Counted from the first letter of the stretch, positions 30,032 through 40,619 are shown. The stretch: DNA of 64,000 bases from Alphaproteobacteria bacterium (GCA_016927735.1 JAFGMC010000010.1:5649-69648), one strand, 5' to 3'. The notes: generated by a model from the sequence alone, not told the origin. Program-made: numbers and translations.

Positions 30032-31303
30032 TTATCTTTTTAAATACTTACGTGGATCATATGCTTTGGTTCCTTTACGTATTTCAAAATGTAGTTGTGG
30101 TTTATCAACTTTACCAGTTTGACCAATTGTTCCAACCTGTTGACCAACTTTGACTTTAACACCACGACGCACAGACAGTTTATCCATATGTGCGTACACT
30201 GTCATCCATCCACCAGAGTGTTGAACAATAACAAGGTTACCCATCCCCTTTAATTCATTACCAGCGTATGCAACGACACCATTTTCGGCCGAACCAACCT
30301 TGGTACCTATTTTTGCCCCGATATTAACCCCATCATTAAACAAACCATTCGATTTTGCACCAAAGCTGGATAAGATTGTACCTTTAACTGGCCAACTGAA
30401 TTTTGATGAAGAACGTGATGCAATTGCTGGCAAAGCCTTTGTCGGATCTGATGATATTTTCGTTTTTGCGACTGGCGAAGAAACAGGTGATGATGAAATT
30501 GTTTTTGGTACAAGAAATGATGATCTTGATTTTGAATCTGAAGCAATAATAGTTTCTTTTAATTTCGGAACTTTTAACTTTTGTCCAACAGACAATATAA
30601 ATGGCGCAGATAATTTATTCATAACCGCTAAATCATTCACAGGTAATGAGTACTTACGCGAAATTGAATACAATGTATCCCCTGGTCCAACTTTTATCTC
30701 TGTCAGTTCAACTTTTGTTATTTTTACTTGTTCAGTTTTATTTACTGCCGGAATCGATATTGGCGCAATTTTTATATCTGATTTTTCTAAAACTGTAAGT
30801 TTTTGTCCTATGGATAGTTTATAAGGTGCAGATAAGTTATTTAATTTTGCAAATTCATCTACTGATAACGAATGGTCCCGCGAAAGCGAATAAACAGTAT
30901 CCCCCTTAGAAACAGTTATTTCCATTGAACTCTCTGGTTCTATGGTTTTATACATTGGAACCTTTATATAATCGTCCGATATTGTTGGTGCTCTCTTTTG
31001 AAAATAAGATGTGCTTGAAGATGTCTGCTGGGGTTTTAATCTGTAATCATCAACACTTGAATATAAAATATAATCATCAACATCCGCATTACCATATAAT
31101 TCAGGGGATGCATAAACCCCGTAATCAGTAGCCGCCGAATTATAGATTTCTGGTTGGGTTGAAGGATCAGCTAACAATGCAGGATATCGTGTTGAAATAA
31201 ATTCGCCTACCGTATCTGGTATTGATGCGATTTTTGGCTGCAGGTCACAAGCTGACAAAGACAGTGCCACAGTAAAAAATAAAAGATAAAAAAGCTTTTT
31301 CAC
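30032..31303 (-). CDS. LysM / M23 peptidase-domain lipoprotein (NlpD/DipM-like)
   Basis: Lipobox LSAC, two LysM repeats (GDTVYSLS, GDTLYSIS), M23 domain (FSWPVKG, NDGVNI, YAHM, LHFEIR). Confidence 0.9.
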   Translation of the reverse strand: MKKLFYLLFFTVALSLSACDLQPKIASIPDTVGEFISTRYPALLADPSTQPEIYNSAATDYGVYASPELYGNADVDDYILYSSVDDYRLKPQQTSSSTSYFQKRAPTISDDYIKVPMYKTIEPESSMEITVSKGDTVYSLSRDHSLSVDEFAKLNNLSAPYKLSIGQKLTVLEKSDIKIAPISIPAVNKTEQVKITKVELTEIKVGPGDTLYSISRKYSLPVNDLAVMNKLSAPFILSVGQKLKVPKLKETIIASDSKSRSSFLVPKTISSSPVSSPVAKTKISSDPTKALPAIASRSSSKFSWPVKGTILSSFGAKSNGLFNDGVNIGAKIGTKVGSAENGVVAYAGNELKGMGNLVIVQHSGGWMTVYAHMDKLSVRRGVKVKVGQQVGTIGQTGKVDKPQLHFEIRKGTKAYDPRKYLKR

Positions 31304-31358
31304 GATATTAAATTATATCATAAAAATAAAAACAAATAAACTAGTGGTACTTTATTAA

Positions 31359-32066
31359 TCAAGCGTCTTTTTTCATGAAAAGTATACTTATTTCAAATAA
31401 TACCAACATCGGTAGCGCCAATAATATCTGTGATACTATATCTGGCGGTGTCAGTATTGCAGAAATAACAAAAATAAATACCATCGCATAACGACGAAAT
31501 TTTACAACCCGACTACGTTGTAAAATACTTAATCTGTTTAATAAGACCAATATCAATGGCATCTGAAATGCAATTCCAAAAATTTTTAATAATCCAATCG
31601 AAAATGATAAATAGTCTTTTACAGCTGGTAATAATACCGAAGGTACCGATGCAGATTGATTAATTTCTACAAAAAACTTAAACACTACTGGGAATAAAAT
31701 ATAAAATGCAAATGCTGCGCCGGTTAAAAACAAAATTGGCGATAAAAATAAAATCGGTAATATGAATTTCTTTTCTTTATTATGTAATCCAGGCGCAATA
31801 AATGCCCAAATATGCCACAACAATACAGGTATCGTCACAAGAATTGCAACCAAGGTTGCCAACGAAAACTGTATTAAAACACCATCTGCCAGTCCTGTAT
31901 ATAACATTTGACCACTTGGCCATACAGACATCAATGGCTTTGTCAAAAAGTTTTGTAAAAATGGCGCTATGAACCAACCTGCACCAAATGAAATTGTAAA
32001 AAACAACAGCGCCCATAAAACACGTCTACGTAATTCTGCAAAATGCTGCATCATGGTCATTTTCAT
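31359..32066 (-). CDS. tatC: Twin-arginine translocase subunit TatC
   Basis: HFAELRRR, WAFIAPGL, FQMP, ILTPPD motifs. Confidence 0.95.
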   Translation of the reverse strand: MKMTMMQHFAELRRRVLWALLFFTISFGAGWFIAPFLQNFLTKPLMSVWPSGQMLYTGLADGVLIQFSLATLVAILVTIPVLLWHIWAFIAPGLHNKEKKFILPILFLSPILFLTGAAFAFYILFPVVFKFFVEINQSASVPSVLLPAVKDYLSFSIGLLKIFGIAFQMPLILVLLNRLSILQRSRVVKFRRYAMVFIFVISAILTPPDIVSQILLALPMLVLFEISILFMKKDA

Positions 32067-32380
32067 GATTTGGATGAACCTTTTGTTTTACGTGATACCT
32101 TATTTTTAACAATTTTTGATTTCTTCGTATTTGAACGAACAGATGAAAAACTGGACAAAACATCATCAGTTGTATTTTTTATTAAATCATTTATAGGTTT
32201 TTCGAGCTCTATTTGTTCTTTGATATTTTCAGAGGCATCAGAAATTTTCCAAATTAAATTCCGGATAAATTTAATGCACTTTGCAAGAAACTTTGCAATA
32301 TCAGGCCAATTTTCTGATGGAACAACCAGTATTGTGACCAATATTATAACCAAGAGTTCCGTCCAACTTATTCCAAACAT
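32063..32380 (-). CDS. tatB: Twin-arginine translocase subunit TatB
   Basis: MFGISWTELLVI...P..WP; overlaps the tatC start. Confidence 0.85.
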   Translation of the reverse strand: MFGISWTELLVIILVTILVVPSENWPDIAKFLAKCIKFIRNLIWKISDASENIKEQIELEKPINDLIKNTTDDVLSSFSSVRSNTKKSKIVKNKVSRKTKGSSKS

Positions 32381-32397
32381 TTTAATTATCCAAAGGT

Positions 32398-33021
32398 TTA
32401 ATCATAATAAGAATCCCCACCAGAAACAGATACTGTCTTATGACGTTGAATTTGGAAATAATTTTTTCCAAAATCCGTTTTAGTTTTTAAATTATTAAAG
32501 GCAACCTCTGTCTTGGCACCAGTTGCATCAACAACCGTCCAAGAATTTAATTTAACAGGATTATTATTAAATATAACTGTCATAGTTCCAATCCCCGCAT
32601 TATCACGCAGATGCATTTTCAAAGAAAAAGTATTTGAATCTTTTTGTGTATCAGAAACTGTGATGTCTGAATTTCGCAGATCAATATGCTTTCTGACCAA
32701 GATTCCAGCGGGAGTACTGGTCAGTGGTACAGTTGTTATTTGATCCAATGATTTATCAAAAAAGTATAAATCGGTACCATCAGAAATTAATTGAACCGGC
32801 AGATTTTTATAATCCAACCTAACCCGCCCTGGACGAAACATAGAAAATATACCAGATTCTTTTTTACCATTTGCAATTTGAACAAAATCACCAGACAGTC
32901 CTGTAATGGAATTAAGGTATTTCTCAGCCTCAATAACCTTTGATGGATCTACTGCTGAATATGCACAAATTGGTACAAATAACAAAACAAATATAATAAA
33001 TGGTGAAAATAATTTTTTCAT
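32398..33021 (-). CDS. lolA: Outer-membrane lipoprotein carrier LolA
   Basis: Signal peptide from ATG 33021; F.Q, RPGRVRLDY, ISDG, PL.STP motifs. Confidence 0.88.
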   Translation of the reverse strand: MKKLFSPFIIFVLLFVPICAYSAVDPSKVIEAEKYLNSITGLSGDFVQIANGKKESGIFSMFRPGRVRLDYKNLPVQLISDGTDLYFFDKSLDQITTVPLTSTPAGILVRKHIDLRNSDITVSDTQKDSNTFSLKMHLRDNAGIGTMTVIFNNNPVKLNSWTVVDATGAKTEVAFNNLKTKTDFGKNYFQIQRHKTVSVSGGDSYYD

Positions 33022-33043
33022 ATTACAAACCTTTTGAATCGTT

Positions 33044-34816
33044 TTATACAACCATATCTTCCAAAATAAATTGTGCAGATACCCTTCCACGATAATCGTT
33101 TTCTTTTAACTTACCCAGCATTGTTATTTTAGTGTTTGTATTCGCATCGTCCAGTAAAAAATCACCGACATCCGTACCTACCAAATTAAATCCTACAAAT
33201 GGCAATTGTTTTCCACTGCTGGTGTTTAACATACCCCGCAGATGTGAACCATTGCCCATTATTGTAGCATATGCCAAAGTTGCACCATGTAACACAATTG
33301 TTGGTTCTGGATTACCCTGTCCAAAAGGTTCTAATGATGATAGTTTCTGAACCAGTTCCATATTTGCACCACCTGCATCTATTTGGGCATCTATCATTAT
33401 CTCTTGTGTTGGGGCTTCACCATTTAATTGTTTTAAAACCTCTTCCTCCAGAAATTTACAAAACTCTTCCTCTTTTGAGGATGGTAATGTAAATCCTGCG
33501 GCGGCTGCATGCCCACCACCTTCAGAAATCACACCTTTTTCCAATGCATCATGAATTATTTTTCCCAAATCAACACCTGGTATTGACCGACCAGATCCAT
33601 TTATAATTCCATCAACCTTGGTTGCAACACATGATGGCAGATTGTATTTATCTTTCAATCTTCCAGCAATTATTCCCATGACACCACCATGCCAATTATC
33701 ACCACAAACAAAAAGACTGACTTTATTATCAGATTTACAACAAAATTTTGCCATTTCTGTCGCATTTATCATGATAGAATTTTGGATATCTATACGTTCT
33801 TGATTCATTTTATGTAATTTATTGGCCAAATCATTGGCAATTAAAATATTATCAGTCAATAATAATTCGAGTGCCGGTGCAGCAGAATCCAAACGACCAG
33901 CCGCATTTAAACGTGGCCCCAGCGCAAAACCTACTGCATAAACAGACGCTTTTTTTATACTCGATATATCCATTAAAACACGTAATCCCAGATTATTACG
34001 CAACCCCATAACTTTCAAACCTGTTGAAACAAAAGCTCTATTTAAACCGACAAGCGGCATAGTGTCACAAATAGTCCCCAGGGCCACCAAATCCAAATAA
34101 TTTAATAGGTTTATATTCTCTATTTTTTCTTTCTCTTCCGCAGTTTTGGCACGTTCACGCATTTCACGATTAACGGCAACCAAGGTTAAAAATGCAACAC
34201 CAACACCTGCCAAATATGATAATCCTGATGTATCATCTTTCCTTTTTGGATTTACAATTGCATCAGCATCTGGCAACACTGATTCAGGTGAATGGTGATC
34301 TGTGACAACTATCTGCATACCAATATTTTTTGCGTATGCAACCTCTTCTGTTCCGCTAATACCACAATCAACGGTTATAACAAGTTTTACACCCTCTTTT
34401 GCTATGGTTTCCAGTGCTTCAATATTCAAACCATAACCTTCGCCTTCACGGGTTGGTAAATGCCATATAACATCAGCATCAAATTCGCGCAAATACTTAA
34501 CAAAAACAGCAGTAGATGTTATACCATCAACATCGTAATCACCATAAACAGCAATTTTCTCTTTTTTTATAACCGCATCTGCAATTATTTTTGCAGCTTT
34601 ATCCATATCCATTAAAACATCTGGATCTGGCATATATTCTTTAATACTGGGATTTAAAAATTTTTCAACTTCAAAAACACCAGTTATTCCACGCGAATAC
34701 AGTATTTGTTCTATTAAATTATCATCTATAATATTTATACTGGATCCAGAATTATTGGATTGCGTTGCCACAATCCAAGCTTTCCCCAGCATGGATTTAT
34801 CTACTATCTTTCTCAC
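33044..34816 (-). CDS. recJ: ssDNA exonuclease RecJ
   Basis: GDYDVDG, TVDCG, TDHH, PRLNAAGR, GGHAAAAG, PFGQGNP. Confidence 0.97.
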   Translation of the reverse strand: MRKIVDKSMLGKAWIVATQSNNSGSSINIIDDNLIEQILYSRGITGVFEVEKFLNPSIKEYMPDPDVLMDMDKAAKIIADAVIKKEKIAVYGDYDVDGITSTAVFVKYLREFDADVIWHLPTREGEGYGLNIEALETIAKEGVKLVITVDCGISGTEEVAYAKNIGMQIVVTDHHSPESVLPDADAIVNPKRKDDTSGLSYLAGVGVAFLTLVAVNREMRERAKTAEEKEKIENINLLNYLDLVALGTICDTMPLVGLNRAFVSTGLKVMGLRNNLGLRVLMDISSIKKASVYAVGFALGPRLNAAGRLDSAAPALELLLTDNILIANDLANKLHKMNQERIDIQNSIMINATEMAKFCCKSDNKVSLFVCGDNWHGGVMGIIAGRLKDKYNLPSCVATKVDGIINGSGRSIPGVDLGKIIHDALEKGVISEGGGHAAAAGFTLPSSKEEEFCKFLEEEVLKQLNGEAPTQEIMIDAQIDAGGANMELVQKLSSLEPFGQGNPEPTIVLHGATLAYATIMGNGSHLRGMLNTSSGKQLPFVGFNLVGTDVGDFLLDDANTNTKITMLGKLKENDYRGRVSAQFILEDMVV

Positions 34817-34855
34817 AATAATCTCTTTTTCTTATCAAGATTATTATATCAAAAA

Positions 34856-36481
34856 TCAATTAAATAGCAATGGAAGGATATCATTCAAGATTTTACCGGT
34901 TGTTGGAACCGCATTCCAAGCAGCTGTACGTAAACCAAAAGATTCTTTTGTTCCCTTTGGTTCATCCAGTAAAATAAATATTGTATATTGTGGTGCTTCT
35001 ATTGGGAAAGCGCCTATAAAAGCCGTTAAATTTTTACGCTTATCTATTTTTCCATTAATTCTTTTTTCAGCTGTCGCTGTTTTTCCACCTATGTTTATTC
35101 CTGGAATTTTTGCATTTTTACCAGATGTCTCTTCTGCGATTCTGAACATTATTCCACGCAATGTTTCAGATATCTTTGGTGATATAATACGTTCACCTTG
35201 GATTGCGCCTATTCCACGCTTTTGTAATGTTGGATATATATATATTCCACCATTTACCATCGCATTTACAGCCAATAATGTGTGGATTGGGGTCACAGAT
35301 ATACCATGTCCAAAGGCAACTGTTGCCTTTTCAACTGGTCCCCAATTTCTAGGGTTCAATGGTCTTTCTGTTTTTCCAAACTCCAAATCCAGTGGTTCAT
35401 CCATATGTATCCGCTTGAAAAATTCTTGCTGCGCGCCTTCTGGTAATTCCAATGCTATTTGTGCACTACCAACATTACAAGAATGCAACATTATCTCTGA
35501 TACAGATAAATTTGGACGCGGTGGTTTAAACGAACTAATATCACCAATAGTTGCAGCCGTGCGACCGAATTTATCCAAAATTTTATATGGCTTTTCAATA
35601 TAAAATTCGTGGTTTATTCCATTTTCAAAAGCCATTGCAGTATTAAATATTTTAAAAATAGATCCCATTTCATATAATCCACGCATTGGCATAAACATTC
35701 TATTTCTAACTGGATCTAAATTTCTGTTTTCTGGGTCATAATCTGGTAATGATACGATTGCTATGATTTCACCAGTACGTGAATTCATTAACATTCCTGT
35801 TGCAGATAAAGCATCATATTTTTTCATAGCTAATGATAATTGATCATAAAATACAGATTGTATTCTGGAATCTAGTGATAAACGCAAAGGGTCTTTATTT
35901 TCGCGCAAATAATTATCAAAAATTCTTTCTACACCATCTGCACCATTTCCACCTCTTTCAACAAACCCAACAATATGTGAAAATAAACGTTGTTTTGGAT
36001 AAACTCTGTTTTGAATATTCTCAATACTTAAACCTGGTAATTTTGCATTATTTATCATATTAAGTTGATATTCTGTCGCCAACTTCTTGACATAAATAAA
36101 TGAACGCGAAGAGTTTATTAAATCCAAAGCCTGTGATACGGTATATTCAAATGGCAAAGTATTATGAATCAATGCAGCAACCGCATCCCTATCTTTAACA
36201 TGTGTTGGGCGCAATACAATATGTCCAGACATTATATTCTTGGCCAATATATCACCATTACGATCAATAATATCCGCACGTGAAACATTCCAAACATTAT
36301 CACCCCCAGCCAACCTGGTACGACTGGTACCTTGGATACCAATTGATAAAGTTCTGATTATAAAAATAGCAAAAGCAATTACAAATATAGAATAAACAAA
36401 ACGAACACGCCCCCGTCCGATATTTTCTGTACCGACGACCTTAAAACCGTTTTTTAAAACATCTTTTCCGACTTCAAACAT
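34856..36481 (-). CDS. ftsI: Penicillin-binding protein 3 (FtsI)
   Basis: RADIIDRNG; SxxK (GSIFK), SxN (SCN), KTA variant of KTG; follows ftsL. Confidence 0.9.
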   Translation of the reverse strand: MFEVGKDVLKNGFKVVGTENIGRGRVRFVYSIFVIAFAIFIIRTLSIGIQGTSRTRLAGGDNVWNVSRADIIDRNGDILAKNIMSGHIVLRPTHVKDRDAVAALIHNTLPFEYTVSQALDLINSSRSFIYVKKLATEYQLNMINNAKLPGLSIENIQNRVYPKQRLFSHIVGFVERGGNGADGVERIFDNYLRENKDPLRLSLDSRIQSVFYDQLSLAMKKYDALSATGMLMNSRTGEIIAIVSLPDYDPENRNLDPVRNRMFMPMRGLYEMGSIFKIFNTAMAFENGINHEFYIEKPYKILDKFGRTAATIGDISSFKPPRPNLSVSEIMLHSCNVGSAQIALELPEGAQQEFFKRIHMDEPLDLEFGKTERPLNPRNWGPVEKATVAFGHGISVTPIHTLLAVNAMVNGGIYIYPTLQKRGIGAIQGERIISPKISETLRGIMFRIAEETSGKNAKIPGINIGGKTATAEKRINGKIDKRKNLTAFIGAFPIEAPQYTIFILLDEPKGTKESFGLRTAAWNAVPTTGKILNDILPLLFN

Positions 36482-36769
36482 TTATTCTTTGTTTGGTAAT
36501 TCAGCAGCTGTGACTGATTTATTAAATGTTATTACTTCTACTTTTGGATAAATAGTTGTGACTAAATTTCTTAAAAATTCATTTCCAACATATGAAGAAA
36601 AATTTGCATCTGCAATTGCTATTTCTTGTTGTATTTTTACTATTTCTTTATGAACATTGTTGCGCGCCCTATTTTGTGTACGATAACAAACTTGTAATGC
36701 AGCCGTCAGCATCAGAACAAACATTGCCAACCCCAGACCCCACTTAAACATTTTTTCGTCTTCGTTCAT
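36482..36769 (-). CDS. ftsL: Cell division protein FtsL-like
   Basis: Single TM helix plus coiled coil, immediately upstream of ftsI. Confidence 0.65.
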   Translation of the reverse strand: MNEDEKMFKWGLGLAMFVLMLTAALQVCYRTQNRARNNVHKEIVKIQQEIAIADANFSSYVGNEFLRNLVTTIYPKVEVITFNKSVTAAELPNKE

Positions 36770-36808
36770 TTTATCAATCCAATAGAGATTTCAACTGCTT
36801 TCAGTTTA

Positions 36809-37171
36809 TCACAAATTATCTAAAAAACCGAGAATAGAATTAATACCATTCATACGTCCCGCACCAAGATTTATATTTAATTCCATAAATTCTTTGCTGG
36901 TATTAATCTTTTTTATTTCTTCTGGGGATTTACCATCAACCATTGAAATTATTATAAAAACAATACCACGAACCATTAATGAATCTGCAATCCCATAAAA
37001 TTTATTACCAATCCTGCAAATTTTAACAAAAGACATACAGCCTGAAATTTCTGTACATTCTGAACCTTGTGGAACATCTGAAAGTCTTTTACCAAAATCC
37101 ATAACCATTTCCAGTTTTTCAACTGGATCTGAAATTGATATTAAAATATTTTTTATTTCAGAATAATTCAT
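36809..37171 (-). CDS. sufE: SufE-family sulfur acceptor
   Basis: ISGCMSFV, ADS.MVRG, RMNG motifs. Confidence 0.85.
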   Translation of the reverse strand: MNYSEIKNILISISDPVEKLEMVMDFGKRLSDVPQGSECTEISGCMSFVKICRIGNKFYGIADSLMVRGIVFIIISMVDGKSPEEIKKINTSKEFMELNINLGAGRMNGINSILGFLDNL

Positions 37172-37174
37172 TTT

Positions 37175-37486
37175 CTACCACCCATGTTCTGTTAAATCTA
37201 ATTCCAACCTTGCTTGTTCTGACATTCTGGAAATACTCCACGCCGGATCCCACACCAATTCTATTAAGCTATTTCCGACACCAGCAACTGATTCAACAGC
37301 ATATTTTACCATTTCTAAAAGTTCTTCCATCATGGGACATGTTGGACTGGTAAAGGTCATTTTTATTTTAACCTTATCTTTTATTTCTATATCATAAATC
37401 AACCCTAAATCCAATATATTAACTGGGATTTCTGGATCATAAACAGAACTTAATGCTGTAATAATATCTTCTTTGGTAAATTTCAT
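37175..37486 (-). CDS. sufT: DUF59/SufT Fe-S assembly protein
   Basis: VYDPEIPVNILDLGLIY, TSPTCP, VWDPAW..RMSE. Confidence 0.88.
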   Translation of the reverse strand: MKFTKEDIITALSSVYDPEIPVNILDLGLIYDIEIKDKVKIKMTFTSPTCPMMEELLEMVKYAVESVAGVGNSLIELVWDPAWSISRMSEQARLELDLTEHGW

Positions 37487-38625
37487 TATTTTTCCAATAT
37501 CTTTTTAATTATTTTAACAACATTTTCCATATCTTCCACTGTATTCCAAGACCCAACAGAAATACGAATGGTCCCAGAATATCCCAACGCATTATGAATC
37601 CAAGATGCACACATAGTTCCAACACGTAAACAAACACCATATGCACCAATCAATGCACCAAAATCTAAACAATGCATTCCATCAATAACGAATGATAAAA
37701 TATGCGAATCAGGTTTTGTAATTATTTTAATTCTTTCAATTTTTGATAGTTCAGAATACAAATATTTTATCAGATTCTGTTTATCTTTATGCTTTGTCAA
37801 TTCATCAATTGCGACTGGTAATCCAACAATCTGCGTCAATGGCAGTGTACCCCCTTCGAATCTTTTTATACCATCTGCCAAATTCCATTCACTTGTTGCA
37901 CCGGATTTATCAATCTTTTCTTTAACAGTGGATACCATTCCACCACCCAGCTTATCAACCGCCCAACGCTGTGGCTCTTTTATGTACATAACACCAATTC
38001 CAGTATCAGCACCTATTTTATGCCCCGAAAAACACAAAAAATCTACATCCCAATCTGTAACATTTATTGGTAAATATGCAACATACTGGGCGCCATCAAC
38101 AATCGTTATAACTTTTGGATTTATTTTTTTTGCCGCTTTTACAAGATTCTTAACATCTTGTGCATTACCCAGAACATTAGACATTGCAGTTATAATAAAA
38201 ACATCAATATCATCAATATCATTCAAGTTTATATTAAAATTCGAATCTAATGAACATACTTTGATTTTACAATTTCCAAGATATGCCTGCGCTTCCCATG
38301 GTAATCTTGCAGAATGATGATCTAAATTTGATACTACAATTTGTGAATCTTTTGAAAATGCTTTTGAAGCTTCCAGAATTCTAACAATCCTGTTTAAACC
38401 GTCCGTTGTTCCACTTGTAAAAACGATATTTTCAGCAGTGGTTCCTATAAAATCTGCTGTCTTTTTACGTGCATTTTCTATCATTTTGTCAACTGCAACA
38501 CTTCGTTCACAAATACCTCTTCCTGAATTAGAGTAACGGTTCTGTAGAAAATCCGATTCAATCTCTACCAAATGTCTTGATTTTAGGCAACTTGCGGCTG
38601 CGTCTAAGTATATGATTTTATTCAT
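37486..38625 (-). CDS. sufS: Cysteine desulfurase (SufS-like, class V PLP enzyme)
   Basis: IYLDAAAS, FTSGTT, DGAQ, FSGHK, catalytic Cys in RVGTMCA. Confidence 0.88.
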   Translation of the reverse strand: MNKIIYLDAAASCLKSRHLVEIESDFLQNRYSNSGRGICERSVAVDKMIENARKKTADFIGTTAENIVFTSGTTDGLNRIVRILEASKAFSKDSQIVVSNLDHHSARLPWEAQAYLGNCKIKVCSLDSNFNINLNDIDDIDVFIITAMSNVLGNAQDVKNLVKAAKKINPKVITIVDGAQYVAYLPINVTDWDVDFLCFSGHKIGADTGIGVMYIKEPQRWAVDKLGGGMVSTVKEKIDKSGATSEWNLADGIKRFEGGTLPLTQIVGLPVAIDELTKHKDKQNLIKYLYSELSKIERIKIITKPDSHILSFVIDGMHCLDFGALIGAYGVCLRVGTMCASWIHNALGYSGTIRISVGSWNTVEDMENVVKIIKKILEK

Positions 38626-38699
38626 TTTATTAAAATTCCTTGCTTTTTATGATGATTATAATACACTCGGTGAAAATATCAATAAAGAAGGAGAAAAAT

Positions 38700-39020
38700 A
38701 TGGCTTTACAACACATTAATGACGCAAGTTTTTCTAGCAAAGTAGCAGAAGGAATCAGCTTGGTTGACTTTTGGGCTTCTTGGTGTGGCCCATGTCAGAT
38801 GTTTGGTCCTATGTTTGAAACTGCATCTGAAAAAAATCCAGATGTTAACTTTTTAAAGTTTGAAATTGACGAAGCGAATCGTATCACACCATCTAAGTAT
38901 GGTATACGCAGTATACCAAGCGTATTGGCATTCAAAAATGGTGAATTGATAGAAGCACGCACAGGTGTTATGGATGCAGATACTATCAAAGAATGGGTTC
39001 AAGAACTAAAAGGATCTTAA
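38700..39020 (+). CDS. trxA: Thioredoxin
   Basis: WCGPC active site, cis-Pro motif SIP; AGGAG RBS before ATG 38700. Confidence 0.95.
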   Translation: MALQHINDASFSSKVAEGISLVDFWASWCGPCQMFGPMFETASEKNPDVNFLKFEIDEANRITPSKYGIRSIPSVLAFKNGELIEARTGVMDADTIKEWVQELKGS

Positions 39021-39021
39021 A

Positions 39022-39453
39022 ATGGTAGGAAAAAATTACAAAACTTTGACACTTGACCCAAAGTATTCTCCGAAAAAATCGGAAAAGTATATGTGTGTCG
39101 AACAAAAAGCTTATTTTTATCAGCTTTTAACCGCCCAAAAGGAAGAATTAATACAAGAATCAGATTCTGTTTTAAACGCTGTCAGATTGGCAGAAAAACA
39201 TGAAACATCTGGTGTTGGTGACGAAACTGACAATTCTACTTTTGAACAAGAAATTGCCATGAATCTAAAGTTGTCTGAACGTAATAATAATCTGCTAAAG
39301 AAAATAGATACAGCTCTTGAAAGATTAGAAAATGGGACATTTGGTTACAGTATCGTTTCTGGTGAAGAAATTGGTATAAACAGAATGTTGGCCAGACCTT
39401 TGGCAACTGTTACAATTGAAGAACAAGAAGAATTAGAGAAGAAAGGTCTTTAA
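39022..39453 (+). CDS. dksA: RNA polymerase-binding protein DksA (zinc-finger-less)
   Basis: EKYM...Q..YF, DETD coiled-coil tip, KIDTALERL..GTFG, RM.ARP.A. Confidence 0.88.
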   Translation: MVGKNYKTLTLDPKYSPKKSEKYMCVEQKAYFYQLLTAQKEELIQESDSVLNAVRLAEKHETSGVGDETDNSTFEQEIAMNLKLSERNNNLLKKIDTALERLENGTFGYSIVSGEEIGINRMLARPLATVTIEEQEELEKKGL

Positions 39454-39471
39454 ATATAAATATCTGATAAA

Positions 39472-39502
39472 ATAAAAATCGCGCATAATGCGCGATTTTT
39501 AT
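39472..39502. terminator. Bidirectional intrinsic terminator
   Basis: TAAAAATCGCGCAT-A-ATGCGCGATTTTTA. Confidence 0.85.
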
Positions 39503-39732
39503 TTTGTCTTTTTAACAGTTTTTGCAGAAACAGGTTTCTTCTTTACAACTTGTTTCTTTGGGACTGTTTTTTTTATATTTTCTTTCTTTTCTTCGTTAAC
39601 ACTTTTTAATTCTTTTTTAAATACATTTATACCATTGGCCAAATTCTTCATCAAATCTGGAATTTTTGCATGTCCAAACAGAATTAGAATTAAAACAACT
39701 ATTAAAAGTATTTCCCAAAAACCTGCTCTCAT
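39499..39732 (-). CDS. tatA: Twin-arginine translocase subunit TatA
   Basis: GFWEILLIV....LFG..KIP.L...L..GI..FKK. Confidence 0.92.
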   Translation of the reverse strand: MRAGFWEILLIVVLILILFGHAKIPDLMKNLANGINVFKKELKSVNEEKKENIKKTVPKKQVVKKKPVSAKTVKKTK

Positions 39733-39756
39733 TTTTTGCTCCTTGATATAGGCATT

Positions 39757-40497
39757 TTATCTTGCAACATAACAGTCCAGACCGTCTGATTTTGCATTTC
39801 TGCAGAATCCATTAGCATCAGCAGAATCAGCGAATGCTATACGCAATCTGTATGTTGTTGTCCCATTAGGTAAAACAGCTGCCAAAATAACGAATTGTTT
39901 ATCTGCAAATAAACTGCTGTGTTTAGCACCAATTTTCTTTTGTGCAACCTCTGCCAAGGCGCGTGTACTGTATGAACCGAACTGTACATACCAACTACCA
40001 GAAACTGCTGCGATTGGTTTTTTTGGTAATGGTTTTGGTTTTACAACTGCTGCTGGTGCTGGTTTTGCGGTGGTACCTGCACTTGGATTAAAAGTCACTT
40101 CTTTACGATCATTTACTTCACGCAAAGGAACACCAGGTTCAGGACGAACCGGTTCAACCAGTGGTTTTGGTGGAACTGCTGGTGCTGCTGGTTGTATTTG
40201 TGCTGGTACTGGTGCGGGTGGCACAACCAATGTATCTGGTAATTTATTCAATTCTGAATCAACTGTTGTTACAACAGGTGTATCCAAATCAACTTCCACA
40301 GAAGAGCTGGAATCAGAACCAATGCTGCGAATTATTATATAAGTGGCCAAGATAATTACCAACAAACCAATACCCATTAACAACCATGGTTTTTTTGGTC
40401 TTGGGTTTGTGAATGGACTGGTTTCTGGCAAATCTGATAAATCAGTATCATCTTCCAGATCCAATAAGTCCAAATTATCATCCATATCATTATTCAT
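39757..40497 (-). CDS. SPOR-domain cell division protein (FtsN/DedD-like)
   Basis: TM helix, Pro-rich linker, SPOR domain (WYVQFGSY, YRLRI, A..FC......DC). Confidence 0.85.
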   Translation of the reverse strand: MNNDMDDNLDLLDLEDDTDLSDLPETSPFTNPRPKKPWLLMGIGLLVIILATYIIIRSIGSDSSSSVEVDLDTPVVTTVDSELNKLPDTLVVPPAPVPAQIQPAAPAVPPKPLVEPVRPEPGVPLREVNDRKEVTFNPSAGTTAKPAPAAVVKPKPLPKKPIAAVSGSWYVQFGSYSTRALAEVAQKKIGAKHSSLFADKQFVILAAVLPNGTTTYRLRIAFADSADANGFCRNAKSDGLDCYVAR

Positions 40498-40567
40498 AAT
40501 ATATCCCCCGTTGTTATCATACCAATTATATCACAAAAAAAAGTCATAATAAAGTGATATAAAAAAT

Positions 40568-40600
40568 AAAAAACACATCAAAATATATGATGTGTTTTAT
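40568..40600 (-). terminator. Intrinsic terminator downstream of thrS and the small lipoprotein gene
   Basis: AAAACACATCA-aaatata-TGATGTGTTTT. Confidence 0.65.
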
Positions 40601-40619
40601 ACAAATTTATAATCATTTG

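Noticed and set aside
34755-35603. 282-aa plus-strand ORF and other long antisense ORFs (e.g. 6117-6749, 20156-20689, 23194-23751, 30300-30824)
   Set aside because: Shadow frames opposite conserved genes, with no recognisable motifs
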